The position numbers were made by a program, and so were the translations under genes. Below the pieces are notes generated by a model, which saw only the letters and a list, made by a program, of their open reading frames with translations, did no database searches and was not told where the DNA came from. Below are positions 60,659-64,000 of a stretch of 64,000 nt of DNA, piece after piece. Source of the DNA: Cyanophora paradoxa CCMP329 (taxonomy: Eukaryota; Plantae; Glaucophyta); the NCBI GenBank assembly GCA_004431415.1, contig QPMI01000517.1, forward strand, positions 1-64,000, in the 5' to 3' direction. Position 1 is the first letter of the stretch. Every line of letters begins with the position of its first letter.

Positions 60659-60960
60659 CCGTAAAACAGTCACGGTGGCAAAAACAAAAATTAAAAACAC
60701 TTGAGTTATGCGGCCCGGATTATGCGGGCACTTAAGTAATGCGGTCCCGAAATAATGCGTTTTCCGCTGGCAAAACGCATGAATTTGGGGGCGCATTAAT
60801 ATCGAAGCGCTGAGCCGGCGCTAAGAAAACTGCGGTATGCACCCTACACGCAGGCAGAAGGCTTCAAAACGCATTAATTCGGGGGCGCATAAATAACCGT
60901 ACTTGGTGTCCGGGTTCAAAAACGAATTACTTACCGGCGCATTACTTAAGTGTTTTACGG
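60659..60960. mobile_element. MITE, Tc1/mariner-pogo-like (302 bp)
   Basis: Perfect 10-bp terminal inverted repeats CCGTAAAACA..TGTTTTACGG, TA on both sides (60657-58, 60961-62), and multiple internal T(A/T)ATGCG motifs arranged in inverted orientation in the two halves. Confidence 0.8.
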
Positions 60961-61604
60961 TACTAGCCTAGTAGCTATACTATGATAGTATGTCTTGCAA
61001 TTGCCTGCGACTTCTTTAATTTGATTTGTGATTGCTTTGTTGGTTTTTATTATTTCTACCTACGGGGGGTTCGAATTCGCCCTTCCGAAGTCTCTCAAAG
61101 AACTTATAATTAGGCGTAGTTTAAATTAGGCGTAGTTTAAATAATTTCTGCGTGCCATATCGAAAATTTTCCGATTCAAGTTCAGTGGCCAAATTAAACT
61201 CGGCTAAGTTTTAGGCTGGGCCCTGGCCCCTGGGGCCACCTTCCAAGTCAAATTAGAACGGGACCTCCGCCGGGCCGGACCGGGGCCATCAGGTTGGCAT
61301 CAGCGCGGCCTCCCAATCATGGACTCCGGAATTCGGAGTTGATCATGCACTTCCTTTTACCCCAATCATGAATGAAGTTGATGGAAGTTCGAGATCCCAA
61401 TCATGTATATGCCGGGACTCGAGATAGAACTTCATAGAAGTTCAGGAAGGACTTGCAGCCAGAGTTCACAGTGCCGAGCCTTGGAGCCTCCCTCTCCAGG
61501 AGCTCGAGGCTGCTTCCGAAGTTCAGTAGCTGCGGGCCGGGTCTCGCAGCTGAAGACTGTCGCTGCCTGTCGCTGCCGAAGTTCCAGCTACAGGTCATGC
61601 TCAA

Positions 61605-63700
61605 ATGCATCACCCGCGCCCCAGTCCCCCGTCTCTGAGCAGTCCCGGCACTCTCGCCGGCGCTACGTCGGCTCCACACGAAACGCCGTCCCATGGCGAA
61701 GCAGCCGACCCAACGGAAGTACGTGTGTCGGTTGTCAATTTCGACGACGGAACCAGCGTGCGCATGCGCTCGCAAGTTAAACATAACGTTGCCCCCGCGC
61801 GCGCGGACCGGGACCGATGATTGACTGCGCGCACTTCGGTGGCGCAGTCTCACCCCGCTGTGTATGCAGCCTTCACGTCAAGTGCGGCATCCGGAAAGAC
61901 AGGGGCGAAATCTGATGGCCCGCTGCCGGACCCTCGGCCGGCGTTCCCCATACTGTACTCGGATGCGTGCGCGCGTATCCCCGTGACATCACGGCGTGGC
62001 GTATACGTATCTCATGCTGCAGCCCTTTAATTAATAAATCTGTCAGATGTGTGAGCTTCGCCCGAGGCACGGACCTGGAGACGGTCAAGCTCATCGAGGC
62101 TGCCCTGAGTCTCAGGGGCTTGAAGGTGCGTGATCGCGCATTCGGAGCGAGCTGCCGGGCGCCCGGAATATGTTTAATAGCGCTCACACCAGTGCAGGTT
62201 TGGTACGACACGGAGCCTGCTTCAGCAGACGGGACTCTGGACAACTTTGTTCAGTGAGCCATGCATATGTGTATGCCTTGAGTCCACCAGCCTCCTTGAC
62301 ATTCTTCGTACAGGAAGCAGAAAGTCGCGGCAGGAATCGAGGGGGGAGAATGCTTCGTTGTAATTGTAACGCCATGTGCGCATTGAATCTTTTCTTCGGG
62401 TGCCTGCGTGTCTTGTCCGAGTCCGACGGTCTCCTCTCCAGCTTGGTTTTCCTCTCCGGCGTGCCTGCAGGAGCTGGATCACGCCGTGTGGCTCGAGAAG
62501 AACATCATTGCCGTCTGCCACAGCGACCGCTCTGTCTCTGATATCGCCGCGGCTGCGCTCGGCACTAGCTCGGGAAAATTGGACTTCTCGAAGGCGCTCC
62601 ACATTTTCTCTCGCGAGAAGTCAATTCGAATGCCGCAGCTCACGGGTTTGTACTTTCCTTGCTTGAAAACTTTTGATTTACAGCGCGCGCCGTTTCTGTG
62701 CGATATGTATTTGATTCGTGTTGCAGGCGAATCATTCTCGAAAGCCATTGTTGAGCTAGCGGGGGCCATCCGTCCCCATGGCACCAGTGTTGTCGAACCA
62801 GATGCAAACACGCCGATCAAACAAGTATGGTTTCTTTTACAACTAGAACTCTAGAACTCTCGACTCACCTGAACACAGCTTGACGTGATGATAAGCTACC
62901 GTCGCAAGCAAACCGACGGTGTGCATACGCTTCAGACTCCGGGCTCTCTGATTTCTTCCGAGCTCCCGCCCTAGCTACATAAATCTCCGTAAACATCCTT
63001 TATTTCCCGGCAGAGATGAACGTCATTTGCCGCCTGCTTGAGTCAATGGGGCTGTCGATGTGGGTGGACGTCAACAGTGAGAACGGTTCGCTTTCGCGAT
63101 CACTGAGCCACAAATCTTCTCATATGCATGATCATCTGCAACTTTTCCTGAGTCGTTGTGCAGGCATTTTGAAGGGGGTTCAGTGGGGCAAGGCCAGTGC
63201 GTCACGAATTTCTTCCTTATGACTTGAAATAGCATTTGAGGTAATCACGCTGGGGGGCTGCTCGCAGTTGCGGGGGCTATCAAAGGCTGCTCTGTAACCC
63301 TCATTCTGCTCACGCCTGATTGGCTTGAGTCGCCGTATTGCCTTGACGGTGCGATTTCGAATTCTCTCTGATATCGCCATTTAAATTATATCTGATTTCG
63401 CCTGACCGATCGCTTTGCAGAGTTTGAGTACGCCATGGCTCAGAGGTGCGGTCTACGTTGTACCTCCGCACGAACCGGACATCGCCTGATCTTCTCCATC
63501 GCTTATAATTAGGAAGCGAATTGTGGTCGTTGAACTCCAGGAAATCCCACCCATCCCGGTGTTGAGCTAGAAATCCCCCATTCCGGTGCCCTAGGGGTGG
63601 CACGGGATTCTAGACAACAGGTTTATAGAGTGACTCTGACCTGCAGTGAGTGCAAGACCGGCCCCAGCGTGATGCAGGTTCAGCAGTATGACAGTACTCG
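61605..63700 (+). CDS. Multi-exon protein with at least two tandem TIR (TIR_2-like) domains; 3' end not resolved in the window
   Basis: Spliced with GT-AG introns. TIR1: YSDACVSFARGTDLETVKLIEAALSLRGLKVWYD..GIEGGECFVVIVTPSWFSSPACLQELDHAVWLEKNIIAV. TIR2: LDVMISYRRKQTDEMNVICRLLESMGLSMWVD..WGKAIAGAIKGCSVTLILLTPDWLESPYCLDEFEYAMAQRKRIVVV. Start codon is tentative. Confidence 0.85.
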
Positions 63701-63877
63701 TAGATTTGATCCGACAGAGTTTCACTACTCTAGTCTCTCTACTAGGCCGATCTCCGGGAATGGCAAAATCCCCTAAACACGCACGCGCCGGGCTCCTAAA
63801 GCCCTCACGCTGTCCGTCCGAAGCTCTCATGATCAGATCATATGATCCGATCAGACGGCTCAGACATATGAAAAGCG

Positions 63878-63988
63878 AGCCACTGGATTCGAACCCGAGT
63901 CTCTAAATACGCCGAAGCGAACTGCCGGAATTGAACCCGGGTCTCTACGAACGGCAAATTCTAAGGCTGCAGCCGCCTAAGATTTCGC
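63878..63988 (-). pseudogene. Degenerate tRNA-like sequence (Gly-GCC-like) plus a tandem partial T-arm copy
   Basis: 63917-63988 is a 72-nt stretch with GCGAA..TTCGC ends, a B-box/T-arm GACCCGGGTTCAATTCCGG and TTGCC near the anticodon position, but a broken anticodon stem. A second AGAGACTCGGGTTCGAATCC lies at ~63888-63907. Confidence 0.5.
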
Positions 63989-64000
63989 CCGCGACATTCG

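Noticed and set aside
63917-63988. Functional tRNA gene
   Set aside because: The anticodon stem does not pair canonically and the T-stem lacks one base, so it is kept only as a pseudogene-like remnant.

Overview
GC-rich, intron-dense eukaryotic DNA. Short GT/GC-AG introns and a Phe-led plastid-type N-terminus are reminiscent of a glaucophyte-like alga; this taxon call is inference only. Left to right: (1) 1-~14.7 kb holds the 5' part of an unusually large minus-strand LTR-type retrotransposon. It has a candidate LTR/PBS, a leader array of ~97-bp double-hairpin repeats, an intact ~1450-aa Gag-like ORF with two CCHC knuckles, ~5.5 kb of decayed extra coding sequence, and a 1145-codon open frame with a retropepsin (DTG) that runs off the left edge and is missing from the ORF track. 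(2) A minus-strand multi-exon gene with SHIPPO/STPG-like repeats lies head-to-head with (3) a plus-strand ABCB half-transporter that has several GC-AG introns. (4) A ~25-kb minus-strand gene encodes a giant membrane protein with triplicated Kelch/CUB/(Ser-Pro)n modules and a multi-pass C-terminus. (5) An ~11-kb non-coding block contains palindrome-rich simple repeats, a G-rich minisatellite and TA-flanked MITE-like ends. (6) A plus-strand multi-exon gene encodes at least two tandem TIR domains, both keeping the catalytic-position Glu, with a tRNA-like remnant at the right edge. All gene models were spliced by eye and coordinates of internal exons are approximate.
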